Shown: positions 9,223 to 18,083 of the stretch, piece after piece
Numbering within the stretch: position 1 is the first letter of the stretch
How the letters are laid out: each line of letters opens with the position of its first letter
The notes under the pieces: model-generated
Told to the model about the DNA's origin: nothing
Database searches by the model: none
The model's input: only the letters and a program-made list of their open reading frames with translations
Assembly: GCA_046757485.1 (NCBI GenBank)
Contig: JBHHYJ010000002.1
Coordinates: forward strand, 8,073 to 72,072
DNA: 64,000 bases
Source of the DNA: Gemmatimonadota bacterium
GTDB taxonomy: Bacteria > Gemmatimonadota > Gemmatimonadetes > Palauibacterales > Palauibacteraceae
Direction of reading: 5' to 3'
Position numbers and translations under genes: made by a program

Positions 9223-10419
9223 ATGCGCTTCACCGGACGGCCTGGGTCCGGGCGAGGGAGGCTCCCTCTGACCGTGATGGTTCTCGGCCTGTCGCTTCCC
9301 GGCTGCTCGGACTCGACCGGCCCCGACGAGCCCATCGGACCCGAGGGTCCGTGGCTTTCGGTCCGCGTGGCGAAAGGCGGGGCGTTCACCTGCGGCCTGA
9401 CCGCCGAGCGGGAAGCCTTCTGTTGGGGAGGGAACGCGGATGGGCAGCTGGGGAACGGGACCCGCGAGGGAAGCCTCAGTCCGGGGCCGGTGGTCGGCGG
9501 GCTCACCTTCGAGCAGATCAGCCCGGGGATTGCGCACACCTGCGCCGTGACGCCGGAGGGGAAGGCGTTCTGCTGGGGAAGGAACGACCGCACCGGCGCG
9601 CTGGGGGACGGAACGACGATGGACCGGCTGGCGCCGACCCCCGTGGCCGGCGGGCTCAGCTTCCGACAGATCAGTGCCGGGAGCGCTCACACCTGCGCGC
9701 TGACGCCGGCGGGGGAGGCGTTCTGCTGGGGGAACGACGCGCACGGCCAGCTCGGAGATGGACAGAGCAACGGCGGCCCGAACCCGCTCCCGGCTCCGGT
9801 GGCCGGTGGCCTCACCTTCCAGCAGATCAGTGCGGGCCAGTTCGGGACCTGCGGCCTGACACGTGAGGGGAAGGCGTTCTGCTGGGGCGCCAACCACAAG
9901 GGCACGCTCGGGGACGGGACGATGACGGACCGGGCCACCCCCGGCCCCGTGGCGGGAGGTTTGAGCTTCGCCCGGATCAGCGCAGGGCTCCGCCACGTGT
10001 GTGGCGTGACCCCAGAGGGGGAAGCTTATTGCTGGGGTAGGAACAGCTTAGGTGCCCTGGGCGATGGCGCGATGGTCGATCGCCCGGTACCCACCCGCGT
10101 GGCCACCGAGCTACGGTTCCAACAGATCAGTGCGGGCGAGCAGAGCTGTGCGCTGACGCGCGAGGGTCAAGCCTTCTGCTGGGGGGACAACAGCTTCGGC
10201 GAGCTGGGCGACGGCACGACGATGCATCGGCTCACGCCGACGCCGGTGGCCGGCGGGCTCAGCTTCCACGAGATCAGCACCGGCTTCAGCAGCAGCTGTG
10301 GAGTGACCCTCGACGGAGAGGCGTTCTGTTGGGGCGCTCGTGGGCTCGTCGGTGACGGGACCAACATGGATCGCCTCGTGCCCACCCGAATCCCGCCACC
10401 GCAGACCCGGCAGGGTTAG
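9223..10419 (+). CDS. RCC1-repeat (regulator of chromosome condensation-like) beta-propeller lipoprotein
   Basis: About seven repeats of the form GxxHTCALT(x)G(x)AFCWGxNxxGQLGDG. N-terminal MRFTGRPGSGRGRLPLTVMVLGLSLPGC ends in a lipobox. The upstream part of track ORF 8581-10419 overlaps the S8 remnant in another frame and is rejected. Confidence 0.75.
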   Translation: MRFTGRPGSGRGRLPLTVMVLGLSLPGCSDSTGPDEPIGPEGPWLSVRVAKGGAFTCGLTAEREAFCWGGNADGQLGNGTREGSLSPGPVVGGLTFEQISPGIAHTCAVTPEGKAFCWGRNDRTGALGDGTTMDRLAPTPVAGGLSFRQISAGSAHTCALTPAGEAFCWGNDAHGQLGDGQSNGGPNPLPAPVAGGLTFQQISAGQFGTCGLTREGKAFCWGANHKGTLGDGTMTDRATPGPVAGGLSFARISAGLRHVCGVTPEGEAYCWGRNSLGALGDGAMVDRPVPTRVATELRFQQISAGEQSCALTREGQAFCWGDNSFGELGDGTTMHRLTPTPVAGGLSFHEISTGFSSSCGVTLDGEAFCWGARGLVGDGTNMDRLVPTRIPPPQTRQG

Positions 10420-10438
10420 GATGGCTTCGATGCGACCG

Positions 10439-12505
10439 TCATGATTTCGACGTTCTATCCCCGTCCCCGGCCGCTTCCTTCGGCTTCACCTGGATGAGCC
10501 GGTCGATGAGGAGTCGGCCGGCCCCGCTCCTTACCTCCAGGTGCAGCTCCCCGGGCCGCCGCGGCGTGATCTCGAAGTCGAACGTCTCCCCGATGCTCAC
10601 CGTCCGCTCCGCGGGCACCAGCGCTCGCTGGTGGGCCGGCAGGTCCCAGCCGTCCTCGGCCACCGGCCGCCACAGGACCGGGGCGCCGCCCCGGACGAGA
10701 CGCACCCGCAGGTTGCCGTTTCCCAACGTGATGTTCATGAGCCGCAGTCGGTAGGTCGTTCCGACCCGAAACTCCGTCGGCCCGGGCTTGGACGTCCCGT
10801 TCAACTGAGGTCCCTGGCCCGTCGGGGAGAGCCCGAGCAGCAGGATCCGATCCGTCTCGGGGTCCCACTCCTCGCCCTCGTCCAGCACCACGAAGGCCCC
10901 GTACAGCCCCGAGCCCTGCTGGCGCAGGTCGCTCACGTGGGTGTGGTACATGTAGCTTCCGGCCCTGGGCGGCGTGATCCGCATCTCGAAGGAGTCTCCC
11001 GGCATGATCGCCGGGGTCAGCTTCTTCGGGTAGCCGCTCGCCCCCGCCACCCCGTCGAAGTAGCTCTCGATCTCCAGCCCGTGCCAGTGGACCTGGGTGG
11101 GCTCCGGGGTCCGGTTGATCACCGTCACGCTGGTGGGTTCTCCCTTCCACAGGACGATGGGGGAGCCGGGCAGGCGCACGGAGTCCGGGGGCGGCTCCCG
11201 CTCCCCCTCCTGGAGGACGTAGGCGTAGCGTTTCTGGAACGGCTTCTGGAGGAACGCGCGGGTCGCGGAGTCGGCCGGCACGGAGTCCGCCTGCACGAAG
11301 AGGCGCAGCCGCCGGCGCCGCGGCTCCCGGGGAACCCATCCCTCGGGCGGCCGGATGTAGGTGAAGAGGAGGAGGCCTCCCATGCCAGTCTCCGCGTGGT
11401 GCTCGGCGTCCCCCTCGTGCCCGACGAAGATCTTCCGGAAGCGGACCGCCTCCGTCTCCTCCTCCCCCGGCCGGAGAGAGGGGTTGGGGACGACGTGGAA
11501 GCTGTTGTGGCAGTGGAAGATCCACCCTCCTGGCCGGTCCGGCGACCAGACGATCTTCATCGTGGTCCCCGGCGCCATCCGCTCGGTGACCGCCATGCGC
11601 CGCTGGGCCAGCCAGTAGATCGTGTCCCGGCCGATGTCGCCGCGGGAGTCCACCCGGTAGAAGAAGCCGTGCAGGTGCATCGGGTGGACCGCACCCGAGG
11701 CGTTGATCAGTCGCCAGCGGATCGAGTCTCCGAGCGCGTAGGTGAAGCGCTCGGTGAGCGGCCACGGCCGCCCGTTGATCGTCAGGAACTCCTTGCCGAA
11801 ATCGGGCTCGCCGTTCGGGTGCTTGCCGGGGATCCAGATCTGCATCACGAAAACGCGGTCCGTGGGCGGGCCCGCGGCGTCCGGTGGATCCACGATGAGC
11901 GCGCCGGCCAGGGGGGCGTCCTCGGCGATCCGGATCGCCGTGGGCGAGCCCTTCAGACGCCCCCGGTAGTAGTAGGTCCCCTCGGCGTCGGCCGGAAAGC
12001 GAACCTCCCGGCTCTCCCCCGGCCGCACGACGAGGCTGTCCATCGCCGCCACCCGGCGGGCCGCGAGCCCCCACACGACGAGATCCGCATCCAGCGGGTT
12101 CCGCACCGTCGCCCGGATCTCGGTCCCCAGGGGAACGCGGATCATCGGGCCGGGAATCTGGAGCTCCTTCCCGGCCTCCCCGAACGCCAGGACCTCGCCT
12201 CCCGGCTCTTCCTCGCCCAGCAGGTGCCACACGCCGCGCCGCACCTCGAGCTCCAGGGTCAGCACGCCGTCTCGTAGCGTGCCGGCCGGCGTCTGGTTGT
12301 CGTTCCACCCCACGCTCGGAAGGCGACCGACCGACGAGAGCTCGCCTCCCGCGGCGTTTCCTCGCACATCGGAGAGCGCGGGGGGCGCCGACGGCCAATC
12401 CGAGCCGGGGCCCGACGGCCCCGGGCCGGGGAGCCACACCCAGAGACCCGCGAGCCCCGCCAAGCTCAACCAGGTGAAACGCTGTCCAAGGCTTTCGCCC
12501 CTCAT
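10439..12505 (-). CDS. Multicopper oxidase family protein, four cupredoxin-like domains with unusual motif order
   Basis: 688 aa with signal peptide. HPMHLHG and HCHNSFH (T1/T3 set) at about aa 265-330 precede VHWHG and YMYHTHV (T2/T3 set) at about aa 470-520. The first and last cupredoxin-like domains lack copper ligands (LVVWGLAARR in place of HWHG). Confidence 0.85.
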   Translation of the reverse strand: MRGESLGQRFTWLSLAGLAGLWVWLPGPGPSGPGSDWPSAPPALSDVRGNAAGGELSSVGRLPSVGWNDNQTPAGTLRDGVLTLELEVRRGVWHLLGEEEPGGEVLAFGEAGKELQIPGPMIRVPLGTEIRATVRNPLDADLVVWGLAARRVAAMDSLVVRPGESREVRFPADAEGTYYYRGRLKGSPTAIRIAEDAPLAGALIVDPPDAAGPPTDRVFVMQIWIPGKHPNGEPDFGKEFLTINGRPWPLTERFTYALGDSIRWRLINASGAVHPMHLHGFFYRVDSRGDIGRDTIYWLAQRRMAVTERMAPGTTMKIVWSPDRPGGWIFHCHNSFHVVPNPSLRPGEEETEAVRFRKIFVGHEGDAEHHAETGMGGLLLFTYIRPPEGWVPREPRRRRLRLFVQADSVPADSATRAFLQKPFQKRYAYVLQEGEREPPPDSVRLPGSPIVLWKGEPTSVTVINRTPEPTQVHWHGLEIESYFDGVAGASGYPKKLTPAIMPGDSFEMRITPPRAGSYMYHTHVSDLRQQGSGLYGAFVVLDEGEEWDPETDRILLLGLSPTGQGPQLNGTSKPGPTEFRVGTTYRLRLMNITLGNGNLRVRLVRGGAPVLWRPVAEDGWDLPAHQRALVPAERTVSIGETFDFEITPRRPGELHLEVRSGAGRLLIDRLIQVKPKEAAGDGDRTSKS

Positions 12506-13110
12506 CGGTCCTCCCCCGCGCCGACGTCAGGAAGGATCATGATGTGGGAGAAGAGCTGTCCGGAGTTCATCATCCACGGCGCGCCGTCGCGTCGCTCCTT
12601 CGAGAGACCGACCGCCTCGGCCGTCGCGTACGGCGTGACGAGGATGTAGAGGCGCTCCACCTCATCGCTCAACGCGTTTGTGCCCGCGTCATAGCCGTCG
12701 GCGGGGCCGCTGAGCACGTAGAGTGCCGCCGGGCCATCCGGAAGGTCGAGGTCGCCGGCCTTCGCCTCCGCATTCAACCTGGCCGTGACGTCGCTCGCCT
12801 CCAGCCCGAGTCGCCGAAGCTCGCGCCGCCGCTCGAGGAGAGGTCGCAAGGACTCTGCATAGCACAGGGACCGAAACCGGTCATCGTCCGGATCGTCCGC
12901 CTCGCACACGATTCCGTTGGTGCCGCGCCGGAGCTCGACGAGGGGCTGGCCGTCTCGGTATCCGAGCACGGTCGCCTCCTCGCGCAGCGCCTCGGGCAGG
13001 GGAAGGACCGCCGAGGCCAGCTGTTGCGAGAGCGGCGGCTGCTGGCCCGTCAGGAGAGGAGGCAGGCAGAGCAGCAGAAAGCTCGGGATGGCAAGCGTCC
13101 ATCGTCGCAT
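12502..13110 (-). CDS. Hypothetical secreted protein, first gene of the oxidase operon
   Basis: 202 aa. Signal peptide MRRWTLAIPSFLLLCLPPLLTG. Its stop overlaps the downstream oxidase start by 4 nt. No recognisable family. Confidence 0.5.
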   Translation of the reverse strand: MRRWTLAIPSFLLLCLPPLLTGQQPPLSQQLASAVLPLPEALREEATVLGYRDGQPLVELRRGTNGIVCEADDPDDDRFRSLCYAESLRPLLERRRELRRLGLEASDVTARLNAEAKAGDLDLPDGPAALYVLSGPADGYDAGTNALSDEVERLYILVTPYATAEAVGLSKERRDGAPWMMNSGQLFSHIMILPDVGAGEDR

Positions 13111-13264
13111 GAGGTCCTCCCTATGTCCCGGTCAGCTGTCGCCCCCGGAGTGGCGGAGAACGGAGGCTACGAGGAGGTCCGCCCGCCGCGGGCGGCCGGA
13201 CGCACACCGCGGTTATCGGATCGAGCGACCTCGGCACAAGCTTGGCGAGCCGTCGTCTCCCCGT

Positions 13265-13283
13265 CGTTAGCTTCGCGCTAACG
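13265..13283. promoter_or_regulatory. Palindrome CGTTAGC-TTCGC-GCTAACG between the SARP gene 3' end and the promoter region of the hypothetical-protein/oxidase operon. An extra GCTAACG half-site lies at 13324-13330.
   Basis: Read directly from sequence. It lies about 155 nt upstream of the operon start codon (13110, minus strand). Confidence 0.5.
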
Positions 13284-13343
13284 CAGGCCGAAGCGCCTCC
13301 GACGACCCGCTCCGAGCCGGCGCGCTAACGGCTCCGGCCTGCA

Positions 13344-16300
13344 TCAGCGGAGCTCGGCCAGGCGGTGGCGGGCAGCGGCCACGGTGCTCTCGAGCTCCGG
13401 CTCGGCGGCTGTCCACAGCTCGACGAAGCGAGCGTAGTGAGTGGCGGCCTGTGGACCGTTGCCCAGCACGTCGAGGATCTGGGCGCGACGGAGGTGGGAG
13501 GGGGCCAGGAAAGGCAGATCGTGCCCGGCGGGATCCGGAAAGGTCGAGTACCAGCGCATTGCCTCGGTCGCTCGCCCCAGCTCCTGATTCACGACTCCGC
13601 GCAGGTAGCGCTCGTAGCCGCGAGGATAGTCCAGCAGGTGCTCGTAGGACGCCCGTGGAGGAAGGGGGAGGCCGTCGAGAATCACGCGGGCCTTCTCCGG
13701 ATTCCCTTCCCGCCGGGCGGCTTCCGCCCGAAGCACCCCCGCCAGCCGCCGCGCCAATCGGGACCCCGGACCTTCCTCCACCGCCAGGGTGTCGATGAGC
13801 CGGCGCGCCGTCCGCGCGTCCCCCATGCGCAGGGAGAGCAACCCCTCCAGGTAATACCGGCGAGGCCGGTACAGGCCAGGCCACAGGATCGGGGGAAACT
13901 CCGCGCTCTGCCACCAGATCGGGTCACTCCGCGGGGGGAGCGGCCGGTTCCGCTCCAGCGCGTCCAGGGCCCCCCACAGGCTGTCCCGCGACTCCAGCGA
14001 GTGGGGAGCGAGCGGAAGCACAGCCGCCATGGCTCGATACTCCAGCACCCGGGCCCTCGGCAGAGACCCCGATCTCCGCAACAGCTCCCCGGCTTCCCGA
14101 AACCGCCCCTGAGCCAGGAGGAGCTGGCCAAGGAGCAGCTGGAGCTTCGCCCGTTCCGCTCGGGGGAGCTCCCCCGCGAGCACGTAGCGGGCCATCCGGA
14201 CGGCACCTTCCAGATTGTTCGTGTTCGAGGCGACGCTCGCGAGGACGTGTCGGGCGCGAACCGGGGCCGCCGCGACAGCTCGAATCGCTCGTTCCTGCCG
14301 AGCGAGATCTCCGGAGAGAAACGCCCGCAGGGCTTCAAGCTCCAGGGCCCACCGGCCCGTGGCACGGTATGCGTGAGCGAGGAGGGTGAGAGAGTCCAGC
14401 TCGGCGACGTTCCTTTCGCGAGCCGCCAGCCGGGCCAGATGGACGATCGGCTCGACGCGCGAGGGCTCCAGGGCTACGGCCCGCTCGAGCGCCTCCCGCG
14501 CTTCCAGCGACGCATGGCCGAGGCTGGGTCCCCAGTGGAAGCGAAGCTCGCCGAGCTGTTCCCAGGCCTCCGCGTGGCTCGGTCGCAGCGTGACCGCCTC
14601 CCGATAGTACTCCTCGGCCGAGTCCACGACACCTGCCAGGTGATACCGCCACGCCGCGACGAGCAGGCTGTCGTCCCGGGAGAGCCGGTCCGCATGGCGC
14701 AGGGCCGCTCTGGCGGCGGGGACGGGGATCCCCGAGCGTCCGCCCGCGTACGCCGCGCTGCTCAGACGATAATGGGCCAGCGCGAAGGCCGAGTCCTCGC
14801 GCACGGCTTCCTGGTACTCCCGGACCGCTTCCTCGTAGCGGCCGGCGCGCAGGGCTTCCTCTCCACGCAGGAACTCCTTGAGCGCATTCAGGTTCTCGGT
14901 CGCTCGCGTCGCCCGCCGCGCGACCTGGGTGACGCTCCGCAGACCCAGGAGCTGCGCCGCGAGCCGATCGGCCAGCGTGAATACGTCAGCCGTGGAAGCT
15001 TCCACGACTGCCTCCGTGGGACCGCCGAGGCCGAAGTGGTCGCGCCCGTACAACGCGGCACGCACCCGGAGCCTGCCGCCCACCTCGGTGATCTCTCCCA
15101 GAACGAAGGAGCCGGCTCCGAACCGGCGTGCCACCGCGGCCGCGGCGTCCGGCTCCCATCGGGGCTCGGAGCCGCCATCCAGGAAGCCGAGCAGGGAGCG
15201 AGAATCCACGCTCCGAAGAGCTCCGGCTCCATCCAGGTTAGCGGACAGGAGGCCGACCATCCCCTCCCGCAGGAACGCGAACTCCTCGTCCCCCTGGTAG
15301 GCGAACGGAAAGACGGCGACCACGCCCTCGGACCACGTCTCGGAGGAAGACTCGGTCCGGCCGACCAGCAGCCCGATCGCCAGCAGAGCGAGCGCACTCG
15401 CCGACAGCCCACTCATGACGGCCCACCGGCGCAAACCCCGCCAGGATCGCCGGGCGGCTGCCCGCGGGGGTCCCGCCTCCGACTCTCGTCGGCCGGGGGA
15501 CGCCGTCCCGTCGGTCGGCACCGGGCCATCGGTCGAACCGCTCTCGGGCGACCGCGACGCCACCGAGGCCCCCGCCACGGCGGCCCCTGCCACCGGCTCC
15601 GTGGCGGCGTCACCCCGAGAGCGGAGGCCGACGCCGGCCCGGGCCCCGGCCCGGGCGGGCCCCGACCGTTTCACCTCCGCCACCACGGCCCGGGTCTGCG
15701 GTGAGGGCTCCACCCCGTACGCCGCCGAGACCCGAGCCGCGAACTCCTCGTACGCCCGGACCGCCCCCGTCCGGTCGCCGGCGCTCACGAGCAGAGAGAG
15801 CAGACGGCGCGCGACGACCTCATCGTCCCGCGACAGCACGAGGGCACGCCGAACGTAGTGTACGGCCAGATCATGGTTTCCGTCCGCCTCGGCCGCCGCC
15901 GCGAGCCGGCCGGCGACGGCCACCGCCCGGTGGCAGAGGCGACCCCGCTCCGCCTCCAACCAGCGCTCGAACTCGAACGCCTCCCCGATGAAGAAGCCCT
16001 CCAGAAGGTCTCCCCGATACAGCTCCAGGGCATCCGCCTCTCGACCCGCTTCCAGGCAGCGCTCGAACTCGACCGCGTCACACTGCACCCGGGCGAGATC
16101 CACGCGCAGTTCCCCATCGCCTCGGGAGAGGATCGTCTCGGCACCCAGGGCGCGGCGCAGGTAGTGGATCGCGTTCCGCAGCGCTCCGCGGGCGCGCGCC
16201 TCGTCCGACTCCGGCCAGAAGACGCCGAGGAGCGCGTCCCGGCGCTCCGGGCCACGGGCGCTCCGCAGCGTCAGGTAGGCGAACAGGGCCAACCGGCGCG

Positions 16301-16382
16301 GCTGCGCGAGCACGGAACGGATCTCTTGGCCGCCCAGATGACGCAACTCGACGGCACCCAGGAGGCGAAACTCGATCGTCAT
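13344..16382 (-). CDS. SARP/AfsR-family (BTAD) transcriptional regulator with a transmembrane segment and C-terminal TPR-repeat region
   Basis: 1012 aa. N-terminal OmpR-type winged helix plus bacterial transcriptional activation domain (LLGAVELRHLGGQ...LALFAYLTL..., RGDLLEGFF, ERWLEAER). One TM helix (WAVMSGLSASALALLAIGLLVG) follows, then about 600 aa of TPR-like repeats. Confidence 0.8.
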   Translation of the reverse strand: MTIEFRLLGAVELRHLGGQEIRSVLAQPRRLALFAYLTLRSARGPERRDALLGVFWPESDEARARGALRNAIHYLRRALGAETILSRGDGELRVDLARVQCDAVEFERCLEAGREADALELYRGDLLEGFFIGEAFEFERWLEAERGRLCHRAVAVAGRLAAAAEADGNHDLAVHYVRRALVLSRDDEVVARRLLSLLVSAGDRTGAVRAYEEFAARVSAAYGVEPSPQTRAVVAEVKRSGPARAGARAGVGLRSRGDAATEPVAGAAVAGASVASRSPESGSTDGPVPTDGTASPGRRESEAGPPRAAARRSWRGLRRWAVMSGLSASALALLAIGLLVGRTESSSETWSEGVVAVFPFAYQGDEEFAFLREGMVGLLSANLDGAGALRSVDSRSLLGFLDGGSEPRWEPDAAAAVARRFGAGSFVLGEITEVGGRLRVRAALYGRDHFGLGGPTEAVVEASTADVFTLADRLAAQLLGLRSVTQVARRATRATENLNALKEFLRGEEALRAGRYEEAVREYQEAVREDSAFALAHYRLSSAAYAGGRSGIPVPAARAALRHADRLSRDDSLLVAAWRYHLAGVVDSAEEYYREAVTLRPSHAEAWEQLGELRFHWGPSLGHASLEAREALERAVALEPSRVEPIVHLARLAARERNVAELDSLTLLAHAYRATGRWALELEALRAFLSGDLARQERAIRAVAAAPVRARHVLASVASNTNNLEGAVRMARYVLAGELPRAERAKLQLLLGQLLLAQGRFREAGELLRRSGSLPRARVLEYRAMAAVLPLAPHSLESRDSLWGALDALERNRPLPPRSDPIWWQSAEFPPILWPGLYRPRRYYLEGLLSLRMGDARTARRLIDTLAVEEGPGSRLARRLAGVLRAEAARREGNPEKARVILDGLPLPPRASYEHLLDYPRGYERYLRGVVNQELGRATEAMRWYSTFPDPAGHDLPFLAPSHLRRAQILDVLGNGPQAATHYARFVELWTAAEPELESTVAAARHRLAELR

Positions 16383-16413
16383 GCGAAGAGCCCGACCTCG
16401 GAAAGGAAGAGGG

Positions 16414-16432
16414 CGTTAGCTGACAGCTAACG
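16414..16432. promoter_or_regulatory. Perfect palindrome CGTTAGCTG-A-CAGCTAACG (half-site CGTTAGC, N5 spacer), about 32-50 nt upstream of the SARP regulator start
   Basis: Read directly from sequence. Same half-sites and spacing as the palindrome at 13265-13283. Confidence 0.5.
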
Positions 16433-16652
16433 ACACACAAACGGGGCCGCGGGAGATTGTCAAGCACTGGAGCGGAGGGTCTCCCTCCCCACGCGGCCGC
16501 ACCCCGGTCAGTGGCTGTTCCACTGTTATGTAGCTGACCACCTGAGGAACGGAATGTCCTCTACCTACACCGTGATCCCCCGGGGACGCCGGCCGGGTGG
16601 CCGAGTCGTCCCGTTGACCGCAGCACGACCCGAAACCGATGGAGGAGCTTCG

Positions 16653-17120
16653 ATGCGAACCGCACACCTCATCCCGACGCTCGCGTGTCTGGCCGGCCTG
16701 GCACTCCCCGCGACCCTCCGTGCCCAGGACCAGGAAGAGGCACCGCCGGAGACGCGGGTTCTCACCGTCACCACCTTCCAGCTCCCCTCGGGCGAGGACG
16801 GACAGAAGGTGATGCAGTTCATCGATCGGGTGGTTGCCCCGCAGGCTCGAAACAACCCGAACATCCTCAGCTACCGGATCGCCCAGCACTACTGGGGCTC
16901 GAACTCCGCCGAGGTGAAGATCATCGCGGAGTACGCGAACTGGGCGGCGGTCGAGGCGCCGTGCGGCACTCCGTGCCAGGAGTGGGCGGAGGCCAACACC
17001 CCGGAGGAGGGAACACCGGAGCGCGAGGAGTTCGACGACCTCGCCCAGGCGTGGCAGCGCGCCTTCTTCCAGGGACACTCGGACGAGATCTACAGCGTAA
17101 ACATGAGTCGAGCGAAGTAG
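16653..17120 (+). CDS. Hypothetical secreted protein
   Basis: ATG at 16653 preceded by GGAGGAG. Signal peptide MRTAHLIPTLACLAGLALPATLRAQ. About 155 aa with two Cys (CGTPC). No family recognised. Confidence 0.45.
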   Translation: MRTAHLIPTLACLAGLALPATLRAQDQEEAPPETRVLTVTTFQLPSGEDGQKVMQFIDRVVAPQARNNPNILSYRIAQHYWGSNSAEVKIIAEYANWAAVEAPCGTPCQEWAEANTPEEGTPEREEFDDLAQAWQRAFFQGHSDEIYSVNMSRAK

Positions 17121-17276
17121 GAGACGGCCGGAGGGACTCGGAGGGGGCCCGGCGCCCCGGAGCCCTCTCCGAAGCCCGACCTGCCGTCCGGAGGTGAGGG
17201 GGACGAGGGGCTCGAGACTCTCGTCGAGCGGGGTGGCCGGGCCATAACTTGTTCCGATGACCCAGGGACCCGCCGC

Positions 17277-18083
17277 GTGACGCCCACCTCCCGGGACCGG
17301 CCGCCGACCCGGCGGATCCCGGAGCTCACCCTGGCCGTTCTGGTGGGAGTGTACCTGGCCGTCTCCATCGTGGCCTACACGGATCATCCACGTCACGGAT
17401 CCGACCCACCGCTGACCGACCTCGAGCGACGCGGCCTCGGCGTATGGCGTAGCCACGACTGCCAGGCGTGCCACCAGCTCTACGGCTTCGGCGGATTCCT
17501 GGGCCCCGACCTCACGAATCGGGTCACCGACGGGACACCGGATGCGGAGCTCCGCTCCATCCTCGAGGAGGGGGCCCGAGCCATGCCGGCCTTCCACCTC
17601 TCGCCAGCGGAGCGGCGCGCGGTCCTCGCGTTCCTGCGGGCCGTCGACCGCACGGGCCAGTCGCAGCCCACGCCGGTCGCGGCCCGCCGCCGAGTAAACC
17701 CGACCGAGCAGCTCGAGCGCCTGGCCGGCGCATGGTTGGAGAGCGGAGCTCCGGATCTGACCCGCGGCGAGCGTCACGGGCTCCAGGCATGGAGCCGCTT
17801 CGGCTGCGGTGCCTGCCACACGCCGTTCACTCTCGGTCGGCTGAGGGCGCCGGATCTGTCGCGCGCCGCCGTGGACCGTTCCGTTTCGGGCCTGCGCCGG
17901 GTCCTCCGGCACGGACGGCGAAACATGCCCCCCTACCCTCGGGCGGCGGAGCAGGCGGAGGAGCTGAGCGCCTTCCTCACGTGGGTCTCCTTGAATCGGG
18001 CCGAGCTGAGGGCTCTGAACGACCGCATGCTGGAGCGGGAGGCGTTTTCCTGGAGTGCCGTGCCATGGTGGGAGTACCGGTGA
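17277..18083 (+). CDS. Membrane-anchored di-haem c-type cytochrome
   Basis: Two CxxCH motifs (CQACH, CGACH). N-terminal TM helix LTLAVLVGVYLAVSIV. Met residues consistent with axial ligands. Confidence 0.75.
   Translation: MTPTSRDRPPTRRIPELTLAVLVGVYLAVSIVAYTDHPRHGSDPPLTDLERRGLGVWRSHDCQACHQLYGFGGFLGPDLTNRVTDGTPDAELRSILEEGARAMPAFHLSPAERRAVLAFLRAVDRTGQSQPTPVAARRRVNPTEQLERLAGAWLESGAPDLTRGERHGLQAWSRFGCGACHTPFTLGRLRAPDLSRAAVDRSVSGLRRVLRHGRRNMPPYPRAAEQAEELSAFLTWVSLNRAELRALNDRMLEREAFSWSAVPWWEYR

Noticed and set aside
10455-12437. Alternative-frame ORFs 10455-12437 (minus) and 10541-12277 (plus) over the second oxidase
   Set aside because: Low-complexity translations. The 10439-12505 frame carries all cupredoxin motifs.
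13365-15704. 779-aa plus-strand ORF antisense to the SARP gene
   Set aside because: No motifs. The minus-strand frame encodes a coherent wHTH-BTAD-TM-TPR protein.
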